DNA of 32,000 nucleotides from assembly GCA_023898645.1 (NCBI GenBank), contig CP060232.1:840001-872000 (forward strand), read 5' to 3'. A model generated the notes under the pieces. It did not search any database, was not told the DNA's origin, and saw only the letters and a program-made list of their open reading frames with translations. Below are positions 31,906-32,000 of this stretch, in pieces; positions within the stretch are counted from its first letter, which is position 1; every line of letters begins with the position of its first letter. Source of the stretch: Candidatus Saccharimonadota bacterium. Lineage in GTDB: Bacteria; Patescibacteriota; Saccharimonadia; Saccharimonadales; Saccharimonadaceae. A program made the position numbers and the translations under genes.

Positions 31906-32000
31906 TTATATTTTCACTGCTGCGCGTAGCTTTGCACTACGTGCACGCGGATTGGAAACGTCATACGTTGCTCCGTCGATCGGTTTTTTGGTCAGAATCT
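31906..32000 (-). CDS. rsmH: 16S rRNA (cytosine1402-N4)-methyltransferase RsmH, C-terminal 30 codons (gene runs off the window)
   Basis: Hand translation of the minus strand from 31998: ILTKKPIDGATYDVSNPRARSAKLRAAVKI*. The NPRxRSAKLR ending is typical of RsmH, and the position upstream of ftsL fits. Confidence 0.7.
   Translation of the reverse strand, partial: ILTKKPIDGATYDVSNPRARSAKLRAAVKI

Noticed and set aside
1-32000. CRISPR arrays, rRNA or tRNA genes, transposases or integrases, and alternative genetic code
   Set aside because: I saw no repeat-spacer arrays, no tRNA cloverleaf candidates and no recombinase-like ORFs. All long ORFs are intact under the standard code, so UGA recoding is not indicated.

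Overview
The window is about 90% coding and uses the standard genetic code, since all long ORFs are intact. The gene content points to a small-genome Patescibacteria/CPR bacterium resembling Saccharibacteria. This is an inference from the features below, not from a database search:
- a compact 324-aa MetK
- a protein with only sigma-70 region 4 plus winged-helix repeats
- a TraD/VirD4-like ATPase
- a stripped-down dcw cluster
- many Pro/Thr/Glu/Lys-rich C-terminal tails

Gene order, left to right:
- 2H-phosphoesterase fragment and a hypothetical gene (both minus strand)
- SAM-I riboswitch with metK, then a DUF427 gene
- histidine kinase and a receiver-only response regulator, both with disordered tails
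- pseudouridine synthase
- two tandem secreted DUF4185-like (GH183-like) paralogs
- der, a small basic protein, pth
- DUF475/TerC-like membrane protein
- a 1.2-kb region with few genes, holding two small membrane ORFs and a roughly 290-nt structured RNA with its own promoter and terminator (minus strand)
- dprA
- a 2-kb insert (lipoprotein trypsin-like protease plus two divergent unknowns)
- topA and two small membrane proteins
- sigma-region-4/HARE-HTH-like protein, a 1009-aa coupling-protein-like ATPase and a small TM protein
- a 750-bp non-coding convergence zone full of helically phased direct repeats
- on the minus strand: ftsQ, murG, ftsW, mraY, ftsI, ftsL and the 3' end of rsmH

The most interesting items are the unclassified structured RNA (13222-13511), the repeat-rich non-coding zone where ftsA/ftsZ would be expected (24445-25171), the DUF4185-like pair, the orphan coupling-protein-like module, and the two-component pair that lacks an output domain. 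All homology calls rest on motif recognition by eye. No database search was run.
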